Positions 24,301-35,390 are shown, numbered from the stretch's first letter. The stretch is 64,000 bases of DNA from a candidate division FCPU426 bacterium (GCA_963771075.1 CAVYSE010000014.1:1-64000), one strand, 5' to 3'. Notes: a model not told the origin generated them from the letters alone. A program made the numbers and translations.

Positions 24301-26015
24301 ACCGTCGGCGAATTGGTAGGGGTCACGGTATTGGTTCGGGTGGGTGAAACCGTAGGGGTAAAGGTGTATGTCACGGTGGGGGTGATGGTGGGTGTAAAGG
24401 TGGGTGTTCGCGTGGGGGTGGGGGTGGGAGTGCGGGTGGTAGTGGGAGTCGGGGTAAAGGTATTGGTCGTGCATTGCTGGGTAATGGCGATGGTATTACT
24501 CGTCACCGGAGAACAGGGGGCGATCGATCCGACCACTTGGCCGTAATCGGATAAGACCGCACAGGGGGGCGGCGAGGTGTTGAACTGGAAAGTCATTTCC
24601 AAGGTGGCGCATTGGGAAGGGGCGAGGTACTGCCAGACAAAGGTGGGAGGCATTGAGTTGGAAGGAGACGCCATCATGAATGACATCCCCTCGTTATTCG
24701 TGTGCCAATTCGTGTCATCAATTCTATTCCCGCCGGCGTCACCGGCAACACCCTGGTAATTCACATAAGAATAATTCGTCGCCTGGTCCGTTACCGTCAC
24801 GCCAAAGGCCGTGACCGAGCTGGTGTTACATACCTCAAGCAACTGGGTAAAATTTTGCGTTGAAACGCTGACCGGCAGGGCGGTTTCCTGGACCTTGCTG
24901 ATTGAAAAAGAATTGATGTCGATCACGGCGGTGGCAGGCACGCCCGCACCCAAACTGCTGGTGACCGAAGCGATGTTGGTCATGGGCCCCGTGGAGCAAC
25001 CACTTCCGATTAGGGAAGTAACCGTACAAGTGACTGGGTTGGCGCAAGCAGACGCGAAACTACCGACATTCCAAGTTAATGTGTTCCCCGAAAAAGTTCC
25101 ACCGCACGTGTTGGTAAAGTTGCTTAAGCAGGCGGGGAAGGGATCCGTCACTACCACTGTGTTCTCTGTGCCAAGGTTCCATACGGTCAGGTTTCGAAAA
25201 TAGGAAGAGCTCTCATCCATTTGAAAACCAACCGAGCCAGTCGCGGTCGATAAAGCGGCAATCGTGTCCGTTAAAGCCCAAGTAACCGGTTCGTTGGTGC
25301 CCGCTTCCCAAGCCCGGGCTTGAACCACTCCATTGCAAACACGGATGCGAACATCCCACCAGGTGCTGTAATTAACGCAGGAAACTTCTCCGTAGGTCTC
25401 TCCCAATGTGCCGGAATCCCCACCCGTCCAGGTGGTTTGCGAACAGGCCGCGCCATTGGGCGCCACGGTATCAAGAGTCAATACGCTGTAACCGGGACTT
25501 CCGGGGCAGCCACCTCCCAAACGGTAAGCGTCCAACCGCATGTTGTAATACTGCTGGCAATTCTGGTTTCGAAAGATAAAGACCGAATCGTCATCCCCAC
25601 AACCGGCGACATAGGGGCTGATCATGGTTTGGTAATAATATTCCGCGTTGGGGCCAATCGTGACTCCGGTCGAACCGCCGGACACAAGTTGGGGATAATT
25701 CGGAGCGGTTTGATTACACCCAGGTCCGTAGTAAAAACCGTTGGTGGGATCGGAAGTCCAGGTTCCTCCCGACCAACCGGCGGCCTGGGTAACCCACCGC
25801 GTGCCGACCGTTCCTTCGGTTAAGTTGTCTTGGAGAGTGACCGCGTTGGGTGCGTCGCCGGGTTCCACGACGAGGGTCCAAGTTACGGTTTCGCACTTTT
25901 GATAATTTTGTTTATCGGAGATCTTGTAAACACTCGCGGCTTGAAGGGTAGCCGTAAACAGCAGGAACCCCATGAATCCAATTACAGGAAAAGTTATTTT
26001 TTGTGAAGAAATCAC
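21399..26015 (-). CDS. Secreted DUF11/ConA-like domain protein + Thr-X stalk + DUF11 + triple FlgD-Ig-like tail
   Basis: Signal peptide ending TLQA. Beta-sandwich signature [25 protein letters not shown]. Tail is paralogous to 14286-15600; ends KIVVVR. Confidence 0.82.
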   Translation of the reverse strand: MISSQKITFPVIGFMGFLLFTATLQAASVYKISDKQNYQKCETVTWTLVVEPGDAPNAVTLQDNLTEGTVGTRWVTQAAGWSGGTWTSDPTNGFYYGPGCNQTAPNYPQLVSGGSTGVTIGPNAEYYYQTMISPYVAGCGDDDSVFIFRNQNCQQYYNMRLDAYRLGGGCPGSPGYSVLTLDTVAPNGAACSQTTWTGGDSGTLGETYGEVSCVNYSTWWDVRIRVCNGVVQARAWEAGTNEPVTWALTDTIAALSTATGSVGFQMDESSSYFRNLTVWNLGTENTVVVTDPFPACLSNFTNTCGGTFSGNTLTWNVGSFASACANPVTCTVTSLIGSGCSTGPMTNIASVTSSLGAGVPATAVIDINSFSISKVQETALPVSVSTQNFTQLLEVCNTSSVTAFGVTVTDQATNYSYVNYQGVAGDAGGNRIDDTNWHTNNEGMSFMMASPSNSMPPTFVWQYLAPSQCATLEMTFQFNTSPPPCAVLSDYGQVVGSIAPCSPVTSNTIAITQQCTTNTFTPTPTTTRTPTPTPTRTPTFTPTITPTVTYTFTPTVSPTRTNTVTPTNSPTVTPTYTPTVTPTKTNTVTQTNTNTVLNTPTPTPTLTRTNTNTPTNTPTNTPTNTNTNTPTVTPTVTPTRTNTNTNTPTNTPTVTPTHTNTNTVTPTNTNTVTNTNTATLTSTNTNTVTRTNTATNTVTPTNTYTQTVTSTNTNTVTRTNTPTSTVTPTNTNTVTATVTPTNTYTTTNTNTSTRTYTPTVTPTVTITPTWTNTFPLTPTITNTYTVTPTNTVTNTVTRTNTYTVTPTVTPTNTFTPTNTQTPTLTSTNTPTSTNTNTATNTFTNTLTRTPTVTPTVTVTATWTNTFPLTPTITDTPTPSPTSTATHTFTSTNTLTTTNTPTVTVTLTPTVSPTPTNTFPLTPTITDTPTPSPTSTATNTFTTTNTLTTTNTPTETNTPSVTVTPTNSLTVTPTLTATNTYTATNTPTSTNTLTPTNSPTFTATPPFTYTATYTPTETNTFTATNTPTATNTATDTATASDTWTATNTPTSTHTATDTGTPTDTSTSTSTKTYTSTPTYTMTPTNTHTPTVTPTATATPTFTTTATATPLGFVQLTKQVSTSVTSPGSTLLYTLTLNVSNYNVMNMVVTDQLPTNLTFSSFGTAPGGTSTSYNAGTSIMSWQMPSPLAPGIYQMTYQATVNNLVAGGLTIVNCATASFTGGSATACVNVLTTGQYTVKIGVYNEAGELVESLPVSQYSQAINSFTLNSGAITAVSGPGSTTTIEYLGTPIGTWNGLDTAGNPVGNGQYYVKIDSVSNMGADTSVTQPIVVNRSVYKVAVKIYNEAGEVVKNLYTYTSNPGPTNTTQLLLSATSIQPTSGPVTNDVPAQLTISLNNGTTIIWDGTGDNGAVVTSGQYYIEVSAQDGQGGETILTAHVMVMSDTSNAGMGNITARPNLMNPTTGYNVQFISDSAQSLTLVYRVYDAAGELVKRSVAGASGANTASWDASGVASGIYFAVVEAYNTQGGLIGHQNLKIVVVR

Positions 26016-26098
26016 TTATTTCCACCGCGATTTAAAATGTTTTGGGTAACCGAATTAAACGAATTCAAGCAATTTTAAACAGCTATTCCTAAAATCGT

Positions 26099-26115
26099 TG
26101 CAAAATAAATGCCGA
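26099..26115 (-). promoter_or_regulatory. sigma54 -24/-12 promoter of the 1538-aa gene
   Basis: TCGGCATTTATTTTGCA = GGCA..TTGCA with GG-N10-GC, ~84 bp upstream of the GTG. Confidence 0.75.
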
Positions 26116-26229
26116 TTTCCCTTAACGAATTATCTCACAATTTATAACGAATTTCGGTTAGTAAGATCCTTATTTCAAATAAAAGCATGTCAGTTCACTT
26201 AACAATTTCTCGTTAAACCCAACACCTGA

Positions 26230-28434
26230 TCAGCTTTCTAACTTTCTTACCCAACCAAAACAAAACAACCAAGCCCCACAAGCCAGAAGGGCCGAAAATA
26301 TTCCCAACTTGATCGTGGAAGGTTCATAAGTAATGACCACTTGGCTTTCCCCATCCTCCAAAACCACCCCCCGGAAATAATGGTTCACCGTCACGACCGA
26401 CTTTTCCTTCCCGTTCACGTAGGCTTTCCAACCCGGGTAGGAAGCTTCGGACGATACCAGAAGGGATCTCCCCTTGCCCTTTGCCTCGATCTCCAACCCC
26501 TGGCAATAACTCGAAATGAATTTAAGCGGGCGAAAACGATAGATTCCTATGAGGGCCGGGTCTTCCACGGTGCAAACCGTTTCATAGCTCCAATTTTCCC
26601 GGGACGCCTTTTTGAAATCATCGACTAGGGCCACTGAAGCCGGTTTCGCTTCCCTGACCGAGAACCAGCGGGATTGGGCCTGGGGGTTTTCATAAAGCCC
26701 TTCACCCTCGCTGATAGGTCCAAGGGCGATCAAGTTTTTCAACCGGCTGACGCCCATGAGATACCGGATATCCAGGTAATCCAAAACGGATTTCGTGAGG
26801 GTTTCGGAATACTCAAAAGCCTCTCGGGTGAAAGGCAAACCGGTCGCGAGCTGGAAGGTATTGTAGAATGGAATTTCCGCGATGCCTTCCGCCAGTGGCC
26901 AATTGGGATAAAACCGCTGTTTGGCCTTTTCATAGGCATCCTGGTAATTCAAACCTTGCAAACGAAAGGCGTCTTTCATATAAGCGGGCGTGAAAAAGAG
27001 CCTCCCTTGTTCGAGCTTTGGTTTGACCCGGTCCACAAGTCCGGGTTCCTGGTCGTAATAAGAGCGGTCAAGAAGGATATTGACGCTCTTGGCGGCGGGA
27101 ATCAGGGAAGCCCCCAGGGCGAAAACCCAAGCCGCCTGCCGAACCCATGATTTCAAGGGGGAGAGGGGTGCGGAGGCCATGAGCAAAAAAGCCGAGACCA
27201 AATACCAGGCTGGGTCCCTGGGCTCGCGCAAAAGATAGGAAAATCCAAAAACACCCAAGACCGTTAAGATCCAAAGCACCAGGAATCGAACCCCCGGCCC
27301 GTCTTTTTCCTTCATCCGGTCAAATGAAAGACTGGCCATCCAGGCCGCGCCAAAGATAAAAAGCCCGAGCCAAAAACCGGATCGAATGACCAAGGCATAA
27401 CCGGGTAAAAAACCTTTCAGCCATCCCCCCAATCCAAGAGTTTCCCCCAGGCTTAAGACGCCCAAAATCGCAAACCCCGCTAAGCTGGTCTGCGAATAGA
27501 AGCCTTGGACCGTACCCATCAAGATCAAAACCAGCGGTGGCAATCCTAAGTAAAAGGTTGAGATCCAATAATGGGGCCCCTGATAAACGGCTTCCAGGGG
27601 ATGGCCCTGGTAAAAGGGAGCCAGAAGGGTGGCCAGGTCTTTGAAGCCGAGGGCCTGGAGGTGGTTTCCTCCCCCCTGGTAATTGCTGAACCGGAAATAT
27701 TCGGCGAAGGGCAAAATCCAAGACAGGTTGTAAAACAAGGCTAATACTGCCGCAATTCCGGCGCCCTTCACCCATTCCCAATTCCTTTTTTTCCCATCCC
27801 TGATCGTTTGAATTACAAGGCCGGCGCCCAAGGCCAAAGCGGTCAGGTAAACCAAAACCGGGTATCCCGCGGATAATTGCATTGCGGCACATAAGGAAAG
27901 GGCCAAGACCGAGCCCCTTCGGCCCCGGTAAAGGGAAAGGGCCGATTGGACCGTCCAGGGGATCCAACTGATCGTGAAAAGCGCCACGGGAGTCCAAGAG
28001 GAACAAACGACATGGAGCGAGAAACCAAACGCCAAGCTGCCAAATAAGGCCGCACCCCAACCCATGCCTTCCTTGCGAGCGAAACGCCAAAATCCCCATA
28101 GAGCCCAAAAATGATGAAGAATAATGATCCATGCGAAGGCATGGTCCGGGTCCAACAAGCCGTATAGAAGGGGTACCGGCGGGTAAGCGTAAGCCATTTG
28201 GGGATCGGCGAAATAGGGTGTCCCGAATTGGGCGTCCGGATTCCAAAAAGGCAGGCGGCCCGAGGATAAAACCCCCGCCCCCCATTTCCAGAGCGGGTAA
28301 AAAAAACGGGAAGCATCGACGAACACGAAAATTTTTCCGCCCCATAGGACCGGCGCGTAAAAACACGCCAGTAACGAGGCCAGCAAACAAACCCCGGCAA
28401 GTTCCGCGATCCCATGTTTCGGTGTCGTGGTCAT
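26230..28434 (-). CDS. YfhO-like GT-C membrane protein (second paralog)
   Basis: DASRFFYP..GRLPFWNPDAQFGTPYFADPQ and C-terminal SEASYPGWKAYVNGK..YFRGV..YEP. ATGA overlap with the upstream gene. Confidence 0.85.
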   Translation of the reverse strand: MTTTPKHGIAELAGVCLLASLLACFYAPVLWGGKIFVFVDASRFFYPLWKWGAGVLSSGRLPFWNPDAQFGTPYFADPQMAYAYPPVPLLYGLLDPDHAFAWIIILHHFWALWGFWRFARKEGMGWGAALFGSLAFGFSLHVVCSSWTPVALFTISWIPWTVQSALSLYRGRRGSVLALSLCAAMQLSAGYPVLVYLTALALGAGLVIQTIRDGKKRNWEWVKGAGIAAVLALFYNLSWILPFAEYFRFSNYQGGGNHLQALGFKDLATLLAPFYQGHPLEAVYQGPHYWISTFYLGLPPLVLILMGTVQGFYSQTSLAGFAILGVLSLGETLGLGGWLKGFLPGYALVIRSGFWLGLFIFGAAWMASLSFDRMKEKDGPGVRFLVLWILTVLGVFGFSYLLREPRDPAWYLVSAFLLMASAPLSPLKSWVRQAAWVFALGASLIPAAKSVNILLDRSYYDQEPGLVDRVKPKLEQGRLFFTPAYMKDAFRLQGLNYQDAYEKAKQRFYPNWPLAEGIAEIPFYNTFQLATGLPFTREAFEYSETLTKSVLDYLDIRYLMGVSRLKNLIALGPISEGEGLYENPQAQSRWFSVREAKPASVALVDDFKKASRENWSYETVCTVEDPALIGIYRFRPLKFISSYCQGLEIEAKGKGRSLLVSSEASYPGWKAYVNGKEKSVVTVNHYFRGVVLEDGESQVVITYEPSTIKLGIFSALLACGAWLFCFGWVRKLES

Positions 28435-29783
28435 TTGTTCCCCAGCTCAACCCTTAGATTTTTCAATTGCTCCGGGGATAAGGAAACTAAAAGCTGTTCC
28501 AAAGGATCAATTCTTCGGGCCGCCTTAAAATGGTCGTACGCCGCGAAAGACTTTGCCCAATCGTCCCGGCATGCCCTATCGTCTCCCATCCCCCTATGGC
28601 AAAGGCCCATGAAATACCAAGCCTGGGCGAAATTGGGTTCGAGATTCGCAGCCTGCCGAAAACAAGTAAAAGCCCTAGTACCATTATCCAAACCACGAAG
28701 GTCCCAAATCCCCCCCTTTTCTTGGACACCCCGGTAATAAAAAGTGGCTTCCTCAAATTTCACAAAAGCGTCGAAAGGCAAAGCTTGATCCGCCTCATCC
28801 CAGGCCCTTTGGGCCGCGGTAACATTTTCGCCCGAAGGCAGAAAGGCGGCTCGCCGGGTCAAACTTTCGGCTTTTTCAAATTTCAAGGACCCGTCCGAAG
28901 CTTCCAATTCCAAAATACGGTCCCAGGTTTGATCCGCACGCTCCTTCCAAGTTTCATCTCCGGTGGTTAAAAAAAGATTTTCAAGAAAACTAGCCTTGCT
29001 CTGGGTCAAGCTTCCATCCCAGGGGTTCAATTTCTCGGCGGTTTCAATGCATCGTAAAGCTTGGGGCAATTGGTTCCCCTGGACATCCCTCTCAAACTGG
29101 GCTGTCAGGGCGGGAATAAAAGACGGCGTCGCGAATAGTCCCAAAGCGATCCCCAAAACAAGAAACCCCTTGAATAATTTAAACCCTGAATTCAGCGGGG
29201 GAATACGCGGTGTTTTCTTTTCGTCGGATTCTGGATCTTTGGTATCTAAAAATGACATTCCCCAAAGCGCTATCAGCGGCGTATGGAGGCAAAAGTCGGT
29301 AAGGGAGGCCGCGCCCAAACCCAAAACCGAGGCTTTACTCCAACCGTGATCTTTCCAGGGCCATAGCCGGATCAGCCAAGCGGCCAGGAAAATGAACCCC
29401 ACCAAGCCAAAAGCCGCTAGAGCTTCCAAAAGCTCATTGTGGGCATAGCGGGCATCCATCAGGAAGCGGGAAACGCCTCCTTCCCTTGGTTCTTTTACCA
29501 GTTGGTATAGTCCCGCGAACGCGCCAGGCCCCTCTCCCCAAAGGGGCCTCATGAGAAACACCTTGGCCGCCGAACCCCAAATTTCAAGCCTTCCCCATTT
29601 GGTGGGACTCGGATCAACGGATCGGATGGATAACAACACGACTAAAAACAGGACGGCGAAACCCAAAACCCAGGGAAGATACCTTTTTTTAACAAGCCCG
29701 CTTAACCCGACCCCAAACCCCAGCAGGGCCCCCCCGATTTCAAACGCGCCATTGTCAATAACGCGCCACAGGCGGCCACCCAC
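28431..29783 (-). CDS. C-terminal part of a split O-antigen-ligase (Wzy_C)-like + TPR protein
   Basis: RLEIW..RPLWGEGPGAF..AHNELLEALAAFGLVG, followed by TPR helices (QAANLEPNFAQAWYFMG). Confidence 0.8.
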   Translation of the reverse strand: MGGRLWRVIDNGAFEIGGALLGFGVGLSGLVKKRYLPWVLGFAVLFLVVLLSIRSVDPSPTKWGRLEIWGSAAKVFLMRPLWGEGPGAFAGLYQLVKEPREGGVSRFLMDARYAHNELLEALAAFGLVGFIFLAAWLIRLWPWKDHGWSKASVLGLGAASLTDFCLHTPLIALWGMSFLDTKDPESDEKKTPRIPPLNSGFKLFKGFLVLGIALGLFATPSFIPALTAQFERDVQGNQLPQALRCIETAEKLNPWDGSLTQSKASFLENLFLTTGDETWKERADQTWDRILELEASDGSLKFEKAESLTRRAAFLPSGENVTAAQRAWDEADQALPFDAFVKFEEATFYYRGVQEKGGIWDLRGLDNGTRAFTCFRQAANLEPNFAQAWYFMGLCHRGMGDDRACRDDWAKSFAAYDHFKAARRIDPLEQLLVSLSPEQLKNLRVELGNK

Positions 29784-31528
29784 CTCATTCCCGAGGAACG
29801 ACTACTTTTCAAATTCCTCGGAATAAAAGGCAAAAACAAAAGAGGTATCAGAAAAAGTCCAATCTGTTTCGGATTTGGAAAAATAATCCAGTCCTTGACG
29901 TCCGAAAACTGAAAATGAACCCAGCCTAATAAGCTTCCATCGCTGTAGTGGAAGGTTTCCCACCAGACCTTGACCGCCCAAAACAGCCCCAGGAAACCAA
30001 ATCCCTTTATAAAATTATCCTTGTTTGGAAGCCGGGCCAGTAAAACGGTAAATGCCAATAGAATCCCCGAGATCTCAAAAAAGCGCACACATCCCGAAGC
30101 CGATGGCGATGTCAGTGCCCGCATTACGAAAAAGAGAACTCCCAATAAGGTCCAGAGGGGCACTCGTTCGGGAACCTTCCCTCCCAATCCGGCGAAACCC
30201 CAAAGCGTCACGGCCAGAAGGGCGAAATTCCAGGGTCGAAAGGGCGGCCAGAAACCCGTGAAGAGAAAAACCGCCAGAAGAATCCATTCCACAGGCGCCA
30301 ACCCAAATCGGTTCGTTTGCCAAATCCTGGAAATATTTATTTCCTTACGCTCCGATCTCCTTAACTCGATCCGTCCGGCAATCGCGGCGAAGAGCAAGGC
30401 CAGCTCAGGCATTTGGAAAGGCAGATCGACAAAGGAAAAAAAGAGAACTGACAAGAATCCCGTTCCCACTCCCCAGGCTTCCCAACGGCCTTGGACTTTT
30501 ACCCGGCGGATGATTGAAACCACGGCCAGGAAAAGCAACACCAGGCCGGGAATCCCCAGTTCCACCAAAACCTGCAGGGGAAGGTCATGGGCGAAACGGG
30601 AGCCTGTGTTGGGGTCAAAGCCCATATTCTGATAGGCCTCCCCGAAACACCCCAAACCCCAGCCTAGCCATGGTTTCATCCAAAAAAGGGTCATGGCTTT
30701 TTCCCAAAGTTCAAGCCTCATCGAATAGGCCGCCAAATGCCAACTGGCAAGCCCCCTTTGGGCGATCAGGTATAAGACGCCTCCCCCGCCGAGCAAGAGC
30801 ACCAGCACCAGGGTTCTGTAAGAACGTCTCATCGCCAATATCACGAGAACCGCTACGGCAAGGGATGATAAAGCGCCCACGCTTTGAGTGGCCCAAAGAC
30901 CCGCGAGCAGGAGAACCACCCCTCCGCCCAGGAAATATTTCTTGAATCCCGTCGAAATCAAGCAACGAATGAAAGCTTGAGGTATGAAAAAAATAAACAA
31001 TGCCGCCAAGGCACCTGATGTCACCAAGGGCCCAAAAGCCCTTTGGTTATGGATGGCAGCTCTCACCATTTCCAATTCTTGTCCAGAAAGGTTGGGCAAG
31101 ATCCGGCTCAAGGAAGGGATGCCTATGAATCTTTGCTCCAAGGCCATCCCCGCGGCGATCCCCGCGAGAAGCATGCCCACCCATTCCACGTTCGTTTGAA
31201 CCTTCGCCCCCCATCCGGCCTGGGAGAGGAACAACAAAACCGAGAGAAATAAGATTCCGGCAGTAACGAGGCTTATTCCCGGCTGGCAGGACCAAAATAC
31301 GGAAAACAACGAGTAACCCAGAAAAACCCAAGCCCAAATTCCCAAGGATGGTATTTGATCCGAATCAAAACGGCTGAATAACGAAATCAGGAGGCCCCCG
31401 CCCAAGGCGATGGCAAGGGATTGGGGATGGGATAAGGGCGGGTTAAAGATGAGAAATGAAATGAATAAGCAGACCCCGCCTTGCCAAATGAAAGAGGCGG
31501 AAATGGCCTTGCCTAAGATGGATTTCAT
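29702..31528 (-). CDS. N-terminal part of a double O-antigen-ligase/O-OTase-like protein; frameshifted at G7 tract 29729-29735
   Basis: RAFGPL, ATQSVGA, RLELW..KPWLGWGLGCF..AHDLPLQVLVELG. A second unit begins (FPNPK..LKS) and continues in the -1 frame. Confidence 0.8.
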   Translation of the reverse strand: MKSILGKAISASFIWQGGVCLFISFLIFNPPLSHPQSLAIALGGGLLISLFSRFDSDQIPSLGIWAWVFLGYSLFSVFWSCQPGISLVTAGILFLSVLLFLSQAGWGAKVQTNVEWVGMLLAGIAAGMALEQRFIGIPSLSRILPNLSGQELEMVRAAIHNQRAFGPLVTSGALAALFIFFIPQAFIRCLISTGFKKYFLGGGVVLLLAGLWATQSVGALSSLAVAVLVILAMRRSYRTLVLVLLLGGGGVLYLIAQRGLASWHLAAYSMRLELWEKAMTLFWMKPWLGWGLGCFGEAYQNMGFDPNTGSRFAHDLPLQVLVELGIPGLVLLFLAVVSIIRRVKVQGRWEAWGVGTGFLSVLFFSFVDLPFQMPELALLFAAIAGRIELRRSERKEINISRIWQTNRFGLAPVEWILLAVFLFTGFWPPFRPWNFALLAVTLWGFAGLGGKVPERVPLWTLLGVLFFVMRALTSPSASGCVRFFEISGILLAFTVLLARLPNKDNFIKGFGFLGLFWAVKVWWETFHYSDGSLLGWVHFQFSDVKDWIIFPNPKQIGLFLIPLLFLPFIPRNLKSSRSSGMRWVAACGALLTMARLKSGGPCWGLGSG

Positions 31529-31795
31529 GGGTTTATTTTAGGGTAAAAAGGCTTATTTATTACCACTCATTCCAACTCACCCGCACGTTTAACCGCCAGC
31601 GCTTCAGCGTATATTTCAACCGTTATCCAGGCCCCTGATACTGTTGGTTCCCTAAAGCGTTATTCATTCCTATTAACGGGAGTGCATTTCCTAAAACCGC
31701 CCTCAAAGTTGTTTCAGCTTCCTTTAGGTGGTCCTTTGCTTCTCGGGCCTTCCCCATCCCTTTTTCATCCAAGGCGGCTCGCAGAAAATGGGGGG

Positions 31796-32441
31796 TCAGG
31801 ACAACACTAGACACTTATGGACCATCTTTTCCAATCGCCGGTCTTTTTCCATGCGTATTTTTATCACCGCCCATCGATTCCCAATCGCCGATGGACTCAC
31901 CCCCAACACTTTTGCCGTTTCTCTTGAGCTTATTCCGGCCGTTTTCTTTAACAAATAAATCGCCACATCCTTGGCTTCATTTTCCTTCTTTCGGCTTTTT
32001 ACGATTTCTTCCTTCTTCACCCCGTAAACTTCCGCTACCTTCGCCAGCACTTTTTCCACCGGAGGATGCATGATTTTCTTTTGGTATTTCGTCATATCCA
32101 GGTTTTCTTTGCCTGATATCAAGCCCTTCATCTTTTCCAAAAATTCATCTTTCCCCAAATAAACCTGATGCCTCAACTCATCCCAAGGGCTGGTTCCCGC
32201 TTGGAGCCCATCGTCCACGAACCCTTGATAGGCCTTTTGCGCTGAACCTAACCTTTTATCAAATAATCCTAATAACCACTTCGTTTCCAACCAGGATGGG
32301 GGCTTTTTCCATTCCAACCGTAGCCCGATAACTGCTCCATTTCCATTCTTTAGGATGCTTCACCATTTTGGCCCTTATGGGGTTTAAGACCACATACCGG
32401 CACAATTCCTTCAAATAACTTTCTTTATCTACGTGGTTCAT
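31796..32441 (-). pseudogene. RAYT (REP-associated Y1 tyrosine transposase) remnant with DnaA_C-like HTH; 5'-truncated and frameshifted
   Basis: VDKESYLKELCRYVVLNPIRAKMV..WKWSSY (32259-32441) continues as PSWLETKWLL..PWDEL..YLG.DEF plus HTH (31796-32317). The HUH half is absent. Confidence 0.85.
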
Positions 32442-32450
32442 TTTGAATAA

Positions 32451-32682
32451 TTCCCCACTTCCCCCATGCCCCTATTGAGAAAAATGATACGGGGCATGGG
32501 GACGTCCCCATTTTCATTTCGTATGTTTCCAAATGAAGAAATGGGGGTGAAAAAGGGGGGCAGGGGGGTATTAGACTTTAACGACAAGGCTAACTCCCCC
32601 TTCATCCCCCTCTTTCATGCTGTTCCTCATATAAATTTTAGTTAATGAGAACAGTATAGTGCTTTAGCACAGAGGGGGAAAA
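32451..32682. repeat. REPIN-like palindromic element with two nested hairpin insertions
   Basis: Aligns to the reverse complement of 35391-35493 after removing 32461-32547 and 32618-32669. Confidence 0.75.
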
Positions 32683-32991
32683 GAACGCCCGCCCTCAAAC
32701 TGACCCACTACTGGATTGAAAGGATGGTGAAACAGACCCAGGTGTTTTAAATCGGAAAAGATCGTTTGACCCTGAAAAGACTGTAGATAAAGGCTTTTCG
32801 AGGTTCTTGAAAATCGTTAACCGGACACTAGTGACATGCTATCTTTAATAGAATAGTTGCCGGAAGCTTTGAGACCGGCTTTCCAATTTAAATTTGTAAC
32901 CTGAAAAAGTCGGCTTTGCCGCCATTTTCAATAAAACATTCATGGTAACCCCACGATTTCCTGCGGAAATCTTTGGGGTCGAGACCTCTGG

Positions 32992-35298
32992 TTGTCGCTT
33001 TTTTCAAGTTTTTCAGAGGTCTCAATTTCAACCTGCCCGAAGGCGGTCATTTTGATCTACATCTCTTCGATCCTTCTTTATATGTTTGCCGGGATATTCT
33101 TGTATACCGGCCTCAATTACCTTCTCTATATCCGCGGGTACCAGAAAGATTATATTTTCGTTCTATTCGGATGGCTCTGTTTACTCAGCGCGGCCTATGC
33201 GGTCGTCACCGTCTCTAGTTATCACGCGGTTGATGTCGCTTCCCAACTCGAGGCCGCCAAATATCGGTATGTCCTCGCTCGATTGATCATGATGATCCTG
33301 ATGTGGTTCATCGGCGCCTATACGGACTACATTCCTAAAATGCTTCTCTCCGTTCTTTCGTTACTCGCCCTCTTTTTGGCGATTTGCAAATTACTCCTCC
33401 CCGTCGCGACGCTTTATCCCAACATTAGGGGTATGGGATATCTCACGACTCCCTGGGGCGAACACCTGACCACCGTCATATGCGATATCTCTCCCCTCAC
33501 CTATTTGCTTTACGCTGTTTATGTCGGTTTGTTCTATTTCGCTTTCCGCGCGGGCATGCATCTTTACCGTTCCGGCGGGAAGGGCCGAACCACCCCCCTA
33601 TTCCTTTCATATGGTTTTGGCCTGGTCGCTTTCGGCAACGACATCTTGGTGGACGCCAACCTCATCCAAAATATGTACATCGAGGATTTCGCCATCTTTA
33701 ATTTCGTGCTTTTGGTGGGAGGGTGGTTGAATACACGCCGCATGCACGCCGAGGGAAATTACCGGAATCTTTTCCATACGGTTAGCGACGCCATCTTTGT
33801 CCATGACGCGAAAACGGGAAAAATCCTGGATGTCAATGAAACCACCGCGAGAATGTTCGGCGCAACCCGCCAAGAATTGATGACGGGCGACATTTCCCGC
33901 CTGTCGGCGGAAGTGGCTCCCTACCGGTCGGAAGACGCGGTTGGCCTTATTCGATCCGCCGCTGAGGGCAAACCCCAGGTTTTCGAGTGGCTCTCCCGCC
34001 GCGTTGACAACGGCCAGCTTTTCCATACCGAGGTGGCCCTTCGACACGCCGTCATCGACGGCCGGTCCGTGGTCATGGCGGTCGTAAGGAATATCGAGGA
34101 CCGGATAAAAGCCCTGGATGAAAAATCAGCCTTGGAAAAGCAAATGTTTCAGGCTCAAAAGTTGGAAAGCCTGGGCCTTCTTTCGGGAAGCGTGGCGCAT
34201 GATTTCAACAATCTTTTGACGACCATCCTGGGAAACGCGGTTTTGATCCAAAAATCCCTTCCGGACGGCGCTTCCTCCCAAGCCCAATTGGAACACCTGA
34301 TCAACGCCACCCAAAGGGCTTCCGCTCTTTGCAGGCAATTACTCGCCTATTCGGGCAAAGGTAGTTTTGTCGTAGAGGCCCTCAGCCTAAGAGACGCGGT
34401 CGAGGACATCACCCGGATTTTGGAGGTATCCATCCCCAAGAACATCCAGCTCAACTTGCGATTCGATCCCCATCTTCCCTATGTGCTTGCCGACGCGACC
34501 CAAATCCGGCAAGTGGTCATGAACCTCATCACGAATTCCGTGGAGGCTATCGGGGACCGGCCCGGATTGATCACTCTTTCCGCCAAGGCGGAATCCTTCT
34601 CCCGCGATGAGTTGAAAGATTTCCATGGTGATTCGAACCTGTCTTCGGGGTCCTTTGCCTGCCTGGAAATTACCGATAACGGTTCCGGCATGGATTCGGA
34701 GACCATTTCCCGTGTTTTCGAGCCTTTTTTCTCGACTAAATTCACCGGCAGGGGCCTGGGGATGGCGGCGGTTTTTGGGATCATCAAGGGCCATCAGGGT
34801 GCCATCAAAATTAATAGTGAACCTGGCCGCGGTACCCAAGTCATGGTTCTCTTCCCAACGACGGATGATAAACCGGCCAAATCCGATGCCGTTAAGTCCC
34901 AACCCCCGGTTCAACCCGGCCCCCAAGCGACGGTTCTCCTGGTGGATGATGACAAGTCGGTCCTCATGACGGTCGAAAGCATCACGGAAATGATCGGTTT
35001 TAAATCCCTCTCCGCCGAAAGCGGAAAGGGGGCCTTGGAATTATTTCAGAAACACCACAGGGAAATTTCATGCGTCATCCTCGACCTGACCATGCCCGAT
35101 ATGGACGGGTCGGAAACCTTGCGGGAACTCAAGAAAATCGATCCCTCGGTGCCCGTCATCCTGACCAGCGGCTACAGCGAGCAGAGTTCCAAGGACCGGG
35201 TCAATCAACAAGAAATCGCGGGCTTTCTGCAAAAGCCCTACAAGCTCGAGGATTTCGAACGAATGATTCATTCCGTCATCAATCCCGGCGCGAAATAA
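32992..35298 (+). CDS. Hybrid sensor histidine kinase (multi-TM sensor, PAS, HisKA, HATPase, receiver); start uncertain
   Basis: QAQKLESLG..VAHDFNNLL, QVVMNLITN, DNGSGM..FEPFFSTK..GRGLG, receiver LLVDDD..LDLTMP..KP. Confidence 0.93.
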   Translation: MSLFSSFSEVSISTCPKAVILIYISSILLYMFAGIFLYTGLNYLLYIRGYQKDYIFVLFGWLCLLSAAYAVVTVSSYHAVDVASQLEAAKYRYVLARLIMMILMWFIGAYTDYIPKMLLSVLSLLALFLAICKLLLPVATLYPNIRGMGYLTTPWGEHLTTVICDISPLTYLLYAVYVGLFYFAFRAGMHLYRSGGKGRTTPLFLSYGFGLVAFGNDILVDANLIQNMYIEDFAIFNFVLLVGGWLNTRRMHAEGNYRNLFHTVSDAIFVHDAKTGKILDVNETTARMFGATRQELMTGDISRLSAEVAPYRSEDAVGLIRSAAEGKPQVFEWLSRRVDNGQLFHTEVALRHAVIDGRSVVMAVVRNIEDRIKALDEKSALEKQMFQAQKLESLGLLSGSVAHDFNNLLTTILGNAVLIQKSLPDGASSQAQLEHLINATQRASALCRQLLAYSGKGSFVVEALSLRDAVEDITRILEVSIPKNIQLNLRFDPHLPYVLADATQIRQVVMNLITNSVEAIGDRPGLITLSAKAESFSRDELKDFHGDSNLSSGSFACLEITDNGSGMDSETISRVFEPFFSTKFTGRGLGMAAVFGIIKGHQGAIKINSEPGRGTQVMVLFPTTDDKPAKSDAVKSQPPVQPGPQATVLLVDDDKSVLMTVESITEMIGFKSLSAESGKGALELFQKHHREISCVILDLTMPDMDGSETLRELKKIDPSVPVILTSGYSEQSSKDRVNQQEIAGFLQKPYKLEDFERMIHSVINPGAK

Positions 35299-35390
35299 AT
35301 CACAAATGGGATGGTTTTCCCGGTTTTGACTCTCGGACTAAATATTACATGCTTATGCGCAATGCACCTGCGGTTTATTGATTTTTTAAT

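Noticed and set aside
31623..31814. 63-aa minus-strand ORF
   Set aside because: No RBS or recognisable motif; possibly a gene fragment beside the RAYT end
32850..32930. Possible c-di-GMP riboswitch (GGCAAAGC on the minus strand)
   Set aside because: Lacks the GNRA/receptor P2-P3 layout and is on the wrong strand for the kinase
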